Assembly: GCA_013265495.1 (NCBI GenBank)
Contig: MU057640.1
Coordinates: forward strand, 1,001,303-1,065,302
Direction of reading: 5' to 3'
DNA from: Vicugna vicugna
Lineage: Eukaryota
Length of the DNA stretch: 64,000 nucleotides
Below the pieces are notes generated by a model. It saw nothing but the letters and a program-made list of their open reading frames with translations. It had not been told where the DNA came from and ran no database searches. The position numbers and the translations under genes were made by a program. Below, in pieces: positions 49,658 to 63,195 of this stretch (position 1 is its first letter; each line of letters begins with the position of its first letter).

Positions 49658-50350
49658 AAAGAGGAAAGGGAGAAGGAACTGGAGGGAGGGCATGAGTTTT
49701 CTGACTTTTATTGCTAATAAAACCTAGAGCTCATTCTGCTCATTCCTGTGCTTACAGAGCTGCACACGGCTTCCAAAGTTGTTTCACATCGCCTGTGAGT
49801 CCCAGAACTCCCTGGGAGATAGTAATGCAGCATTCGTATCCCCTTCTGCACGTGAGGGAACTGACATGCAGGAAGTTCAATTAAGTGATGTTGCCGGAGA
49901 ATGTATGCTGTAATGGACCGAGGATGGATCTTGCCTGCAAATTCAGGTGCCCATCTTAACACTGTCACTTAGGAGCAAGTTGCACCAAACCACTGGGCCT
50001 CTGGTTGCACAACTGTTAAACGGAACGTGTAACATCTGCCTCCTAGAGGCACGAGGAGGAATTGAGATGAGCCGTACAAACACCTAGGATGGAGCCAAGC
50101 ACAGCCAACACATGTAAACCCTCTTTTCCTCTCTTCTCTACCCAGAACTCATATTCAGGTTATCTGACTCCAGGTTGATAGTTTTAAACTAGGTGGCTAC
50201 TACCATACAGGGTCATTTACTCATTCATTCATTTTCAAATGTATAAGTTTTAGTTTAAAGAAAACCTAAGAGACTTACTTTATGGAAATGAAGTCCCTTA
50301 TACAACTTTTATTGTTAATAAAACTTGATGTGTTATATTAACCTAATATC

Positions 50351-50780
50351 TGTGAAAGAATAATCAAAATGGAGTCAGTATTGCTAAGAGAGCTCTCTAA
50401 AGTAGAGCCGAGAGGCCACTGAGGAATGTGACTTATGCATGTCTCAGCCCGGATGGAATCTGAACTTTCGACCATGTATTATTGCCTTAACGCAGGCGTC
50501 CATAACATCTGCCCAGTGTTCCAGAAACTCTAGGTACTTACCGGACCCTTCCACTCTAAAATAACTCATGACAGCCTATCTCTTAAAGACAGGTATTTCC
50601 TTTTGTGCCTCTGGTCAGTCATAATTCCTGGACAAAATTGTGTCTTTTGCCTGACTCTTCTTCTTCCCTAGAACACTCTTGATTTACCAAAATCTGTGTC
50701 TCTCAAGCTACAATTCTTAAAACTCCAAATAAAGGGATCTTCTTGTTCTTTGCACCCTTGATACTGATTACCAATCAACA
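50351..50780 (+). mobile_element. ERV1-class LTR (MER34-like)
   Basis: Starts TGTGAAAGAATAATCAAAATGGAGTCA; AATAAA at 50728; ends TCAACA. Confidence 0.65.
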
Positions 50781-51544
50781 CATTCTGCAATGTGCCTTAT
50801 AAAAGTACTAGCTAACGACAAAGCTGGTTCCAGTCTCCTTTCCTGCCAGCCCCCTGGGGAATCGGAGCTCTAGCGTGTGGATGTCAGTTGGTGCAGGGGG
50901 CAGGGAGGACCGGCTGGTGGAGACCTGAGGAGCTGAACTGTGAGCTGGTGATGAAGAGAAAGAAAGTTCCAGACCTGGCCGGGGGAGGAGGCTGGGAGAG
51001 AGGATGAGGGCCCTCCTCTTCATTCTGCCTGATGCCACGGAGTTATCCCTCAAAGGACCGGGGAATCATTAGCATATGAAAAACACACGAACCGATTTAA
51101 TTATCTGTTTCTTGTAAATATTTTTTTCCCTACTAACCCCTTTCCATCAAAGGATCAGGAAACAGGGCCAGGCCAGCCGCTTTTTAAATTCAACAATGAT
51201 TTCTCAGCTGAGAAAAAACCAAATTGGATAGAGCAACTATCTTCAGATCCCTAACAAGAAAGACACAGCGTAGACTAATTAACCCAGTTTTCATCATCAG
51301 GAAACGAATCCACAATGTGTAAGAATATAAACTCAGATGATCTGATGCTGGCCTAATTCCTTGGGCGATATTTATTTAAATGTACACTAGTGGGTCACAG
51401 CACAATTAAGTGTTGTCTCAGCTGTGTGCACCTATTTCCCATCCTTAGTAATATTATCCCAGAAAAATGGGAAGGTTTCCCCCACACTCACTGGAGGCGA
51501 TCTACATGATAGACATACATAACAGTGAATGAGTCTCAATCTTC

Positions 51545-52770
51545 AGTCCTGCTTTCTTTCCCTAAACACTTCGCAGGTGGCAGGCAGTGTTCTGGGCACC
51601 AGGAAATCAATGGGGAAGCCCTCAAGATCCCTACTGCCCTTGTGGAAAGGATTTCTAACTGGGGAAACCGTAAACACACTAGAATAATTTCAGAGAGCAG
51701 TAAGGGCGATGAAGATAATATGAAGGTACAATGAGATAGTGTCCCTCGAGGGAGGGGCTGGGGCTGCTTCAGACAGGGTGGTTCCCTTCCCCACAGGGAA
51801 TGTGGCGAATAGGACAGTTTTGCAAAGATCTGGGGCAGGAACATTCCAGACAGGGAACAGCATGTGCAAAGGCCTCCAGGAGGGGATGAGCTTAGGGTGA
51901 CTGAGGAATAGAAAGAGGACCAAGGGAACGAGAACACAGTGAACAAAAGGGAAAATGGCACAAGAAGAGGCGTGGCACACAGGCACGGGCCAGATCAGGG
52001 CGAGCCCCACTAGCACATAATAAAGACGTGGGTGTTGTTCTAAGGGCAATGGGAAACGACCGGAGAGTTTTTAAATGAGAAAATGAGCTGGTCTAACTCA
52101 AGCCTTCTATTGCCTGGTTTGACTGCCCTAGGAGAACATTGCTAAGATTTATTGCAAAGAATGTTTTGCCTATGTTTTCTCCTAAGAGGTTTATAGTGTC
52201 CTGTCTTAGGTTTAAGTCTTTAAGCCATTTTGGGCTTATTTTTGTGCATGGTGTGAGGGAGTGTTCTAACTTCATTGATTTACATGCAGCTGTCCAGTTT
52301 TCCCAACACCATTTGCTGAAGAGACCATCTTTACTCCATTGTATGATCTTGTTTCCTTTGTCACAGATTTATTGACCAAATGTCTAAGGGTTTATTTCTG
52401 GGCTCTCTATTCTGTTCCATTGACCCATATGTCTGTTTTGTGTACCAACACGATGCTGTTTTGATTACTGTAACTCTGTAATATTGTCTGAAGTCTGGGA
52501 GGGTTATTCCTCCAGCTTCATTCTTTTTCTTCAGTATTGCTTTGGCAGTTCTGGGTTTTTTGTGATTTCATATAAATTTCAGGATTATTTGTTCTAGTTC
52601 TGTGAAAAATGTCCTGGGTAATTCGTTAGGATTTAAGCCTTCTAAAGGTCACTGCAGCTAAGGACAGATATGGGCTGGGAAGTCACATGGTGGGGGCAGA
52701 GAGGGAGCAGAGAAGCCTCAGAGTTGTCCAGACAAAAGATGATGGTGATTTAATGTCAGTAACTGTTAAG
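51545..52770 (-). mobile_element. L2 LINE, interrupted by an L1 fragment
   Basis: GGAACATTCCAGACAGGGAACAGCATGTGCAAAGGCC...GGGCCAGATCAGGG...TTCTAAGGGCAATGGGAAAC; resumes with AAGGTCACTGCAGCT after 52644. Confidence 0.8.
52110..52634 (-). mobile_element. Internal L1 ORF2 fragment without 3' UTR or poly(A), 10-bp TSD
   Basis: ORF 52093-52275 ([38 protein letters not shown]) is L1 ORF2p; flanked by identical AAGCCTTCTA at 52100-52109 and 52635-52644. Confidence 0.93.
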
Positions 52771-53356
52771 TGAGATGGTTCCCTTCCCCCTTGTAGCATT
52801 TCAGTGAATCATGTCAAATGAAGTCCCACTTCTGTTTCACCTAAGAGAGCAGAAGCCTTAACAGACATGTAGTGATACGTGGTGAATGTTGAGCAGAGAC
52901 TACCTCTCAGCAGTGGCTGGATGGGGAGAGCCTGCAGAATCAGGGAGCCGGTCACTGAGAAACACTGATGTGCTGATGGGAAACAGGAGTGTGTCATAGC
53001 TGGGCATTTCTTCTTTGGATCAAATGAATGGCACCCACATTTAGTCCTTAGGAAGAATGTGTGCCCCGGAGGTCAATGATGAGCAGAGCAGGCCATTTAA
53101 TCAAAACTCTGCCACCAAAGGGAGCTTCGGCTGCTGGTAACATGTAGGGCTGGAGAAATCAGCTTTATTTTTAAGAACAAAGTTGCATCTTAAATGCAGA
53201 GAAGGAGGTGGTTCAAAAAGACGCAGTCTTCTCTGTGCTCAGCCCAAAGCACCAACTCTGCTGCGTGGCCCTGTCTACTGGCTTGTCCATTCCCACCAGC
53301 CCCCGGGCTTCAAGACCCCTCTGGCTGGATTTCTGCCATTTGTAGCCTGTCTGCTC

Positions 53357-53815
53357 CAACAGAGATTCTCTCCTTGACCACCCGTGAGTCAGACTCCTCA
53401 GGAGCCTTGGAGTCTTTTTGACTAGGCTTTGCCCTTGGACTCTGTCCTTGGCCTGCTTATTCCAGTTTTAGCAAGAATCCTGCTAAGTCAGTTTAGTGAA
53501 AATTCCTCATCCTTGGTATCTGATCAAGTTCCCCATCTGCTCCCCACCATTTCTTGTCGCCCTGGCCTGCCTTCGGCCAGCATCCTGTTAGGCTGGTCTA
53601 GGAAGAAGCCTCCTGCCCCCCAGGATGTTCCCCTTCAATAACTTTCCATCCACTGACCCCCTCGCTCTGCTCTGTGGCCATAAATCCCCACTTGCCCTTG
53701 CTGTATTCAGAGCTGAGTCTGAGTTCTCTGCCCTAATACCCCACACCCCCCAACACACACTTGAATAAAGTCCTCTTTACTATCAGCAAGTAGCTGAATA
53801 ATTTTTTCCTTAACG
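53357..53815 (+). mobile_element. MER31-like ERV1 LTR
   Basis: ACAGAGATTCTCTCCTTGACCA...CCAGTTTTAGCAAGAATCCTGCTAAGTCAGTTTAG...TTGAATAAAGTC (AATAAA 53764). Confidence 0.85.
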
Positions 53816-54029
53816 GTTCTCTGAGGATAATAATTATAAATACAAAAAAATACAGGACAGTAGAAACTTTAAAAATCTCAAATTTGGAATGGATAAACTC
53901 ATCCACGTGACTTATTTCAAAAACTCTTAGGTGATCAGAACTGATTGTTCATAATCAGAAGAGATTATCATCATTAACTCACATGTGTTAAAATTAATTT
54001 TAATAATACAGTGAAGAGCCATTAACCTA

Positions 54030-54310
54030 TGACTAAATCCAAAAACTTAGAACATTACCAATATTTACTTATATGTTCCCCCTACCGACTGCCATAACCA
54101 TTATCCCAAATTTTGTGTTCATTTCCTTCTCAAAAAAAAGTATTATTGAGGTTTGCATGTTTCTGAACTTTATGAAAAAGGTATTATACCCATTGGGTTC
54201 CTCTGGAACTTCCTTTCTCGCTCACGGTCGTTACTAAGATCTATCCATGTTGAGTATGTCTACACTTTATTCATGTTTCACTACTTCATAATGTTTCATT
54301 GTGTTTCATA
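54030..54310 (-). mobile_element. Old L1 (L1ME-type) fragment
   Basis: TAGAACATTACCA...TAACCATTATCCCAAATTTTGTGTTCATT...CTAAGATCTATCCATGTTG. Confidence 0.6.
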
Positions 54311-56855
54311 TTTTTAAAAATGTATTTCACCTTATCTCACGAAGGAGGCAAAAACAGAGCAAAATATTCTAATTCAGTGTTTATAATTATGGTCTTAAGA
54401 ACACATGGTAATAAATACTTCTGGGTATTCGGTGGTCAGGATAAGTGGGGCCTTATTTATTAGCTACAAGTATTCAGACACTATTTAGCTGACTTATCAG
54501 AAACAAAAATCAAGAGAAAAATGTTTTTATTTTTAACCTCCGGTTAAAAATCTTATAGTTATTATCCCATGCTTTTAAAAACCAATTCATAAGATTTTTT
54601 GTCTGTCATTTAATTGCAAAGCAACTGGTCATCTTCAGCTATGTCAGAGCTATGTTTGAAACAAACCCCATACACCGCCTGGTTGATGTTTGGGGTGTGG
54701 ATTTTTTCGAGAGGGAGAAGAATTAAATGTGCTCTGAAAAAGTGGGGTATCATGAAAGGAGAGATGTCAGAACGAAGAAGAAAGGGGAAAGGCCTTGAGA
54801 AAGCAAAATTTCTCTGGAAATATTTTCAAGGTTACAGGGTGAGAAATGTCCAGCCTAAAGTAAAATGTCCTTACTGCTTCTTTGAGAGGTCAGGAGTCAG
54901 GCACGAATGCAAAGGAAGACCCCCAAAACCAGGAGTTCACCAATTAAAACTAACAAAGCCCAGCACTGTGGGAGAAAAACCCTGATGACTTTGGTCCAAG
55001 GGAAGGCACAGGGGTCCTCCGGTGTCTGGGATCCAGAATACTCAGGGTAAACTGCTTTATCTCCCATGCATCTTAACAGCAGGGAGCGAGAGGCGGAAAC
55101 TGGTTACCAAGCTGCTTTTCTGGATGCACACGCAGCTTAACCGGAGTCTTTTCTGAGATAGTCATTATTCAGTGCATTTTATTCCGGAGATTTAAAAAAT
55201 AAAAAATGACTTTGGTACGTCTCTGAGGGAGAAGAGCAGCAATCAACATCACAGCCTTGGCATTACAAGTGAGAAGAGGAGGGGGAACAGACAGATAACG
55301 AGAGAGCCCGGGGCAGGCAAACTGTGCTCATTTACTGTGACAGGGAGCACAGGTAACGTTCTGTGAGTCAGGACATTTAAACCCCTCCCGTGTTTGTTCT
55401 CTTCCTGTTAAGCCCGGCCCCAATTTCTGCACTCTCGGAAATACTCTGTTTGCTGAAGCAATGAGGGACCAAGAGAGCCTCTGAACAGGGACCCCATCTC
55501 ACGTGTGGGCCTAGGTGCTCCGTGCAACAGACTGAGGCCAAACTGCAAGGAGCCAGGCAGCCTCAGCTTAGAATCTCTGCTTTGCCAATTAATAACAAGA
55601 GACGTTGGCGAGGTTACTTCACCTCTCTGGGCAACAATTTCCTGCCACGAAAATTAAGGTGATAATAATGACCTAATCTATAATTAAGATATCTGAGTGG
55701 CTGTCATGCAGAAGGTACTCAATAAATGTTCATTCCTTTCCCTTTTATGTTCCTTACTCTCAAGCCTTCCTGGTGCAAAGATAATGACTCTTAGTCATTC
55801 TACACATATGGAGTCCAAATACAACACAGTAATTAATTACCTCAGTAGCATAATCCATGTTAACAGTGAAGATAATGATGCCCCAGGTAGCCAGCTTCTG
55901 ATGTAGCAGATTTCTCCTGGAAACAAACCAGGGGGATGGCCATGGGATTTGAAACTAAATATCGTGTGCACAAATGTAAGTTCCTTCCAGAAAGACTTTC
56001 TACTTGGTCAAACATTTTAAAGATTTTACAGCTTAGTTTATTATTTGGATGCAACTCAGGCATCAGGGAGACAAACAGTCACAACTCCAGGTGCTGAGCT
56101 GCTGAAAATTAACTTTGGCCTCTTTGTTTTTTATATATGTGCAAGTTTCAGCAGAAAAATCAATAAATGAGCTTTGACCAGATGTATGCTGGCCTGAGAG
56201 ATTTCACCTGATGCTAAAAACAATAAAAGCAACAAGCAAACACTCACAGTAGCTGCTCTCAAAATCCTGCATTCTCTTGAACTGAAGAAAGGGATCTATT
56301 TTTTATCCCAGGCAACGGGAACTACAGGATCTGTTCGATCTTATAATTCAATTTCTTTATGTTACAGATGAGGGATCCAAAGATGAAAAGAGTTAAGCCA
56401 CTCCTCAAAGCTGAGTGGTCGAGTTAGGACTTGCAGAAGGCCCTTAGCTGCTTAATCCAGAATATTCTAGTGTATATAGCATTCATTTCAAAACCACCTT
56501 GTTTTCAGGAGGGGAAAAAAAGGCAGAGGCCCGTGCAATGTGGAATTTCCTCACGTGACTATCGCCAGTTCTGGCAAATCTCAACCTCGATGCTTTGAAG
56601 TACAAGCACTAGTGAACTTCTTGTGAAAACTGAATGACCTCCCTGCCTGTCTTCCAGACCGCCCAGTCCCCAAGTACGAGACAGATAGGCAAGCTTGTCT
56701 AATTCAGGCCATTTCCCCCATGAATCACCTCTTCTGGCTCCTACTCCAGCAACACATAAGCTCTCAGAGTCGTTTTTTTTTTGTTTGTTTGTTTGTTTTT
56801 TTAATTTTGGATGAAAAGAGTCTTTTGAACCTTTCTTTTTATTTTTAAAGGAGCT

Positions 56856-56957
56856 ACTTTATTTATTTATCTTTTTAATGTTAGTACTGGGGACTGAACC
56901 CAGGACCCTGTGCGTGCTAAGCATGCCCTCTACCACTGAGCTGAACCCCTTGCCCCC
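56856..56957 (-). mobile_element. tRNA-derived SINE (Vic-1-like)
   Basis: GTACTGGGGACTGAACCCAGGACCCTGTGCGTGCTAAGCATGCCCTCTACCACTGAGCT, preceded by a T-rich (TTTA) tail. Confidence 0.9.
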
Positions 56958-57099
56958 TTTTTAAAAAAAATAAGAACCTGCTTACATTCACTAGAAAAAT
57001 CTTTGGTGGAAAGTTTGGCAAACAAGAAGACTGGAAATGAACTCAAGACTAGCATGAAATTCAACACAATCAGTTAATTTTTAGTAATAGCCTAAACCC

Positions 57100-57870
57100 C
57101 ACAACTTTGAGCCATCCTATCTGAGCAGCTCAGGAGACCAGCTTCATCAGGGTCGCAGACGGCTCTCTTGATGGTCTCTACAGCAACCCCCCCATTCCCT
57201 CTCTAGCCCTGTGTTTCAGTGGAAAGCAGCCCTCTCCTCAGCTGCAAGGAGTAAAATTCTGATTGGCCTGTCAGGGTTTCTCAACCTCAACACCATTAAC
57301 ATTTTGAGCTGGATCATTCTCTGCTGTGGGGTGTCCTGTGCGCTGTGGGGTGTCCTGTGCACTGCAGGATGTTTAGCAGCACCCCTGGACTCCACCCACT
57401 GGATGCCAATAGCACCCCTCAGCTGTGACAACCAGCGTTGTCCCCAGACATGTCCAAGTGTCCCCTGGGGGTAAAATCATCTCTGGCTGGGAACCACCGG
57501 TCCACATCGGTCACTGGAATTCTATTCTTTCTCACAAGTGGTTCAAGCATGTGCGTGAACTCTGGGTATTGAGATCCTACAGGGAAGTTTTCTATGGGGA
57601 CTCTGGAAAAGGTTTCCTCAGTCCTTAAATGGGAAACATGAATGGCATGTGGCATTCTTCATTCTTCAGGACACTGTTATGTCTGGCAGTGAGTGCCCAG
57701 GGGTGAGAACACCTGAACTGCTGTACCCACAGTGGGACCACAAGAGGGTCTGTCCCCAGGTGAAAAACAAGCAGCCCTTGTTACTGGATGGGAACCGTTT
57801 CTTTACTCTTTAAGCCAATCTGAGTTAGGGTTTTTTGCAACTCGCAGCCAAAAGCATCCTAATATGATAG
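57100..57870 (+). mobile_element. MLT1J/K-type LTR, interrupted by MER20
   Basis: AATTCTGATTGGCCT|MER20|...TTTAAGCCAATCTGAGTTAGGGTTTTTTGCAACTCGCAGCCAAAAGCATCCTAATATGATA; 5' boundary approximate. Confidence 0.7.
57272..57499 (-). mobile_element. MER20 hAT-Charlie MITE with an internal 19-bp tandem duplication
   Basis: CAGGGTTTCTCAACCTC...GGGAACCACCG; GCTGTGGGGTGTCCTGTGC occurs twice in tandem. Confidence 0.92.
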
Positions 57871-58199
57871 CATATTGTATCGTGATTACAAATATTTATA
57901 AAACAATACTGACATCCAAGATTCAAGGTCCATGACACACTGAAATATGCTTATTTTCCCCTTAAGTCTTCTTTCTGCTGATTTTGACATTCCTTGTCAT
58001 CATCCTCTAAACCACAAACAACTAAGTACTCTTCAGAAATAACTGAATGGCTGTAACTCCCATCTTCTAGACAACATTTTAAAATATATTACACTTTAAA
58101 ATTCTTTGAAAAAACATGACAAGAGGTTAATAGTTAATTCTTGCCTGGGCTAAATGAGAACTTACTGCATTATTTTCTTTCTTTTTTTTTTAAGGTCAA

Positions 58200-60560
58200 C
58201 AAATGTAAGAAGAAAAAGTGGAAACTAGAGAAAGGATCACTGACTTTAAAGCTCCAGTTTTCAGACTAATCAGCTTCACTGAGTTGAAGAAAGACTTGCA
58301 TTTTCAGCATAAAGAGGCTAGAAATTCAGGCTTAATAAAAAAGTCACCTTGATATATTCTGGAGAAATTTCTTCAGAGACAGAGGGGGAATTCTGAAATC
58401 TTCCACAAAGACTGAGCAAGTAACTTAAAAAGGAAAAATAATTCCTCTAACGTCAGACTTCTTATCTGCAACACTGGGTGACAGACAACAGTGTCTGTAA
58501 AACAGGGTTTACATACCAAGTGAAGGGAAAAAACTGCAATTCAAGACCACAAAGCTGAGATACATAGTGGAGGGGAAAAACATATTTTTGGAAACAAACC
58601 CAAGACAGTAGACAGACACTGGGCTCTAAGACAGCATCCCCATCAAATAAAAATTAAGCAAAAGCAAAGATCTCAGGGGGAAGATAAGGAGTATGAGAAC
58701 AGTGCTGAGCAGTACTTTTTAGAAAAATAGGCTAAATATATGATAATGTAATTAAGTCAAAGTAGGTAATATAAATGTGACTAGTGGTCTGTTTTAAAAG
58801 CTTTGATTCTTTAAACAATAGGGGTATGCTGCAAAAAAAATTGAAGTTAATAGCATCTGAAAACTAAAATTATCAATTAATTCAACTAGCCCCAGAATTT
58901 TCAAGGAAGAAACAGAGGGGGAAAAAATGACACAAAAGCCTTCTAAATGCCCTACCTCTATTCGTGGAGAGCATGTGGTTTGGAGCATGGCAATAAACAC
59001 TCTAGTCGGCCGAGGACATCTAAGATGTTCTTTAATTTTGGTTTATCAGTGGAGAAATATGGTCTGATCCATGGCTGCTGAAAACAGGAAGATGAGGGTT
59101 GGCAAAGTAGATATATCTAACTGAATTAATGAATTAGTAGGGATAAAGGAGATTCACAAATTCTGATAAAGCCAGCAAAAATAGAAAAGGAGAAAATAGA
59201 AAATTTTAAATAATAAACATCTAACAGAAGATGGAAGAAATAGTTGAAGACATACGTTACATCTATGATGGGTGGACGCATTTGGAGACACCACATCCAC
59301 GCAGAAGAGCAAAGGAGGGGTGTGGAACATCAGGCTGGGAGCCGTCACAGGGTTCCAGGGAGAGGAATCCTGCTGCAGGGGGACTCGAGAATTCTGATAC
59401 CATCACTGACAATTCGAGAAAAACTTGAGGGGATAAAGACAGGCAATGCCTATTGCATGTTAGCATCAGTTGAAAGACTTAATACTACAAAGATGCTGAT
59501 TCTCCCATGAATTAGCTAAAAACTGGTGCACTCTTAACTACACATACCAATGGGATCTTCCCTGGAACTTTACAAAATGTTTAACGCCCATTTAAAAGAA
59601 CAAGCGTTCAAGAATAGGCTAGAATAATAATTTAAAGAAGAGTAAAAGGCATATCTGCCGAACCCGCATGGCTTTATATGTAGATATAAATGGGTATCCT
59701 ACTGTGGTCACCATTGCCAGGAACGGGCATGGGAAAAGTCAGATTAAAGGAAGAACAAGAGGGCTTCCGCACAGACCTAACTATGCAAGGGCATTAAGTA
59801 CATATTAAAAGTGGCATTTTCGCATCAATTTCCAATAGTTAGCTAACTTTGAGGTAGGAAGGGGCTTTCTATGCATGCCATCAAAGCCAGAAACAATTAA
59901 AAAAAAAAAGAAAGAAAGCAATCAAGCAAGCCAGGATTACATAGAGTTAGCATTTCAGAAGGAATAGAACTAAACTTAGGTTAAACGACTGATGAAAAAC
60001 TGGGGAGAATATCTGCACTACATGAAAGAGGCAAAGACTAATGTTCTTACTAAATACGGAGCCATCACAAACCAAAAAGGAAAACAATTCACTGGAAAAG
60101 TGAGCAGAAACGTGAAGAGGAAATTAATACACAAGTCTAAGAAAGCTATGGGAGGATACTCAACTCGACCATTAAACAATTATAAATCAATATATATATT
60201 TTTATCTTAATCACAAAGCTTGCAAGGATTGTAAATAACCAGCGTTGGCAAGGCTCTGGGAAAAGGAAATTGTAAAGCCCTGTCTGCAGGAATGTAAACT
60301 GGCACAACTCTTCTGTGGGATAATTTGGATGTATATACATATACACATACACAGATGTGTTACACATACACACCGTTGAATCCGGCAATCCTTAATCCAT
60401 CCAGAAATAGGTCCCAGGTAAAAGGATGTTTATTGTATTGTTAACTGGAATATTGAAAAACTGAAACTAACTTAAATGTTACCCAAACAGTTGACTATGT
60501 AAGGGAATGTCCATACAATAGCATTTTATATGACATTTAAAAACTAGTAAGATTAACAAT
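58200..60560 (+). mobile_element. Highly decayed L1/HAL1 fragments (ORF1-like ~58.2-58.7 kb; ORF2-like ~59.4-60.5 kb)
   Basis: GTCAGACTTCTTATCTGCAACACTG (ORF1 motif); GAAAGACTTAATACTACAAAGATGCTGATTCTCCC and GGAATGTAAACTGGCACAACTCTTCTG (ORF2 motifs). Confidence 0.6.
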
Positions 60561-61214
60561 AAAGTTAGAGTGAAGAAGACAAAACAAGAACAGGAACAAG
60601 TATGGCTACTACATACGTCATACTCTTCTTACCCCGTGAAGAACAGAAAGAGCGCTTAACGACACAGGGTCAAGGTGTCTACGGAGGTTCCACAGAAAAA
60701 CGTTGCCTTCTGTTTGCTCTGGTGGAGCTCTGCTCCCCTTCTAGTAAGAGCTTTATAAAAAGAAGGAGCAAAATGCAATTGCTGTAAAGACAGGTGAATT
60801 CACATGTGCTCTAGCCAGGACCTCTAGGAGACAAGGTCTAGGTAGAAGTTCGGGAGCATGTTGTTCTCCAAAAAAAGAAAAGGTCTTCGGATGTAAGGAA
60901 GAATCTGAGTTACCTTGAGCCCTGTGCAGGGAAGAACTGCTGGTTACCACCAACTTCTTGTTCTTCCCACTGACTTTGGGCAGATGTATGAAGACAATCA
61001 GTTAGATTTTAGCATGTTCCCATCAGCCCACCAGTTCTAACACTTGCACCACTGTCTGGAGGACACCCAAGGTACCTGGGACTGAGAAGCAGCAGGAGCT
61101 CATGCTGATGACCTGTGCAGGCTGGTGTGGGATTAGGACAATGCAGCAGCCCATGAACACACACAGAAAAAGTCTGTGAAAAAGAGTCAGCCTGTGAATA
61201 CACAGAAAACTTTA

Positions 61215-61355
61215 TATGAGAGTAAAAAACAAAATGTTAACAGTAGTTCTTACTACTAGGTGGTGGGATCACAGGCAATTTCTCTTTCTTTTATATACTT
61301 TTTTTAATTATCTCTCTTTTACAGTGAATGTGTATTACGTTTATAATAAAAAAGA
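61215..61355 (+). mobile_element. L1ME-type 3' terminus
   Basis: AAAATGTTAACAGTAGTT...GGTGGTGGGATCACAGGCAATTT...ACAGTGAATGTGTATTACGTTTATAATAAAAA. Confidence 0.7.
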
Positions 61356-62767
61356 ATCCATTCTAGTTAGTGGGAAAGAAAAGACAGGCCAGATTATGGG
61401 AAAGACAAAATGCAAAAGCCTGATTTGGACTTTACCTTTGTCTTTTGTCTGTTCCTGTCTTCAGACATGGTGTGTGGCGTGGGGGTGTGTATTTTTTCTC
61501 CTAGACTATAAAATCCTTAAGTGCAAGGCTGTATCACATTATCTTGTTGGGTATACAAACGATGAATAAATAAATGAATTTACAAATTAAGAAATCTGGC
61601 TCTTCCCAATGAGAACAAAGAAATTAAATCGTATTTTATAAATGCTCTGATTTGCGTGATGTCACAAGTCCTGGTTTACTTTTAAATACTATGGGGAAAA
61701 TAGCCAATTTTCTAAATGATAATGACATCTAATTGGAGCGATCAGACTGAAATAAGCAATCAGAAACTATATTTGCACGTGCCTTCACCCACCATAAAAA
61801 AACAAATAAAGGCACATCCAGCGTGGAGGTAAGGGTTTAAAAGAATTTAGCAGATTTTTCCAGAAAATCCTGCACAAAACTTTGCATATTACAAAAGATC
61901 CTTCACTTTGCTTCACTTTATTAAAGTATTTCTTTAAAAAGGTGGCTCATTTAAAATTTTGTTTCCACATCAGTAAGAACAGAAGCTAAATATAGGACAT
62001 GAAATAAGGGGCATTAGCAGTTGAAGATGAATCAAAAATGGAAGTAAATTTTCTCCAAAATTATCAAATAATTTAATGAGAAAACAGAATATGATTTAGA
62101 AATGCAACCTCTCCTGATGACCATCTTACTATCCACTTGAGAGAGAAATAAAAATATAAAGCTAAGAACAGAAAACAGTTAAGCCCTCCTGTATATGATG
62201 CAGGACAGAAACCACTGAGGACACAGTGGAAAACTGGGAAAAACCATATCCAGCATGTAGATCCTCAGAAAAACCAGCTTTCTCTCTACCCTGGTACAGA
62301 TGCAGTAATACGTACCATTTATATTGCTGAGCATTTCCTCTTAAATGTTGCATATCTTCATCAATAGCTGGCATTTGTTAAATTGTTATAAAGGTACTAA
62401 TTTCCAGTTTCAGGAAATGCTCCCTACTACACAACTTTTCTCTTTGTTATGGTGGGCAGCACCTTCTCCATTCTACCCACAAGCTGTCAATCATTTCTCT
62501 GCAAAGATCTTGATTTAATTCCTGCAGTCTTTTGGAAACAAACATCTTAAATGATTCCAGCAGATACTGTTAAATTTAGAGGGTGATTAGGATTAACTCT
62601 GAAATAAAACTTTGGAACAAAAAATTAAACAAAACCAACCAGACACCAAAGGTAGGCTGGTACTAGGCAAAATCTGATTTCATTTCATTTCTTAGCCCCC
62701 TACCTATGCTTCTGAGATAGAAAATATCCAATAATAGTCATATTTTTTAAATCAGTTGTGTATTTAA

Positions 62768-63016
62768 AATAATAACAATAAATATTTACTTTGTGCCAAA
62801 CACTACTGTAAGCATTTTACATACATTTACTCATTTTATCCTCAGGACAACACTGTGAGATGGAGATACTGTCATCATCATCACCCCCATTTTACGGATG
62901 AAGAAACCGAGCCACGTTGACATTGCAACTTGCCAAGGTTACAAATCTAATGAGTGGCAGAGCCAGGATTTGAACCCAGTTAGTCTGAATGTGGCACCCA
63001 CATAATTAACTACTAT
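62768..63016 (-). mobile_element. MIR SINE, near full length
   Basis: CTCATTTTATCCTCAGGACAACACTGTGAG...CCCCATTTACGGATGAAGAAACCGAG...AGTGGCAGAGCCAGGATTTGAACCCAG. Confidence 0.9.
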
Positions 63017-63195
63017 CAAGTAATCCTAAAATGTATGCACACATTAGAAGCATTTGGGGAGATTTTAAAATTGCTGGTGCCCCAGGCTACATCCAGACCA
63101 GATACGGTACAGTTTCTGGGAATGACTCCCAGGCTGCAGTATTTTTAAAGCTCTCCAGGTAGGTCCAACATGCAGCCAAATTTGAGACCCACAGC
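63017..63195. mobile_element. MER5-type hAT MITE
   Basis: CACATTAGAAGCATTTGGGGAGATTTT...GTATTTTTAAAGCTCTCCAGGT...ATGCAGCCAAATTTGAGACCCAC. Confidence 0.75.

Noticed and set aside
54530..54600. AT-rich inverted repeats (TTTTTAACC/GGTTAAAAA; AAAAATCTTAT/ATAAGATTTTT)
   Set aside because: Short and AT-rich with no TSD or other support; expected by chance.
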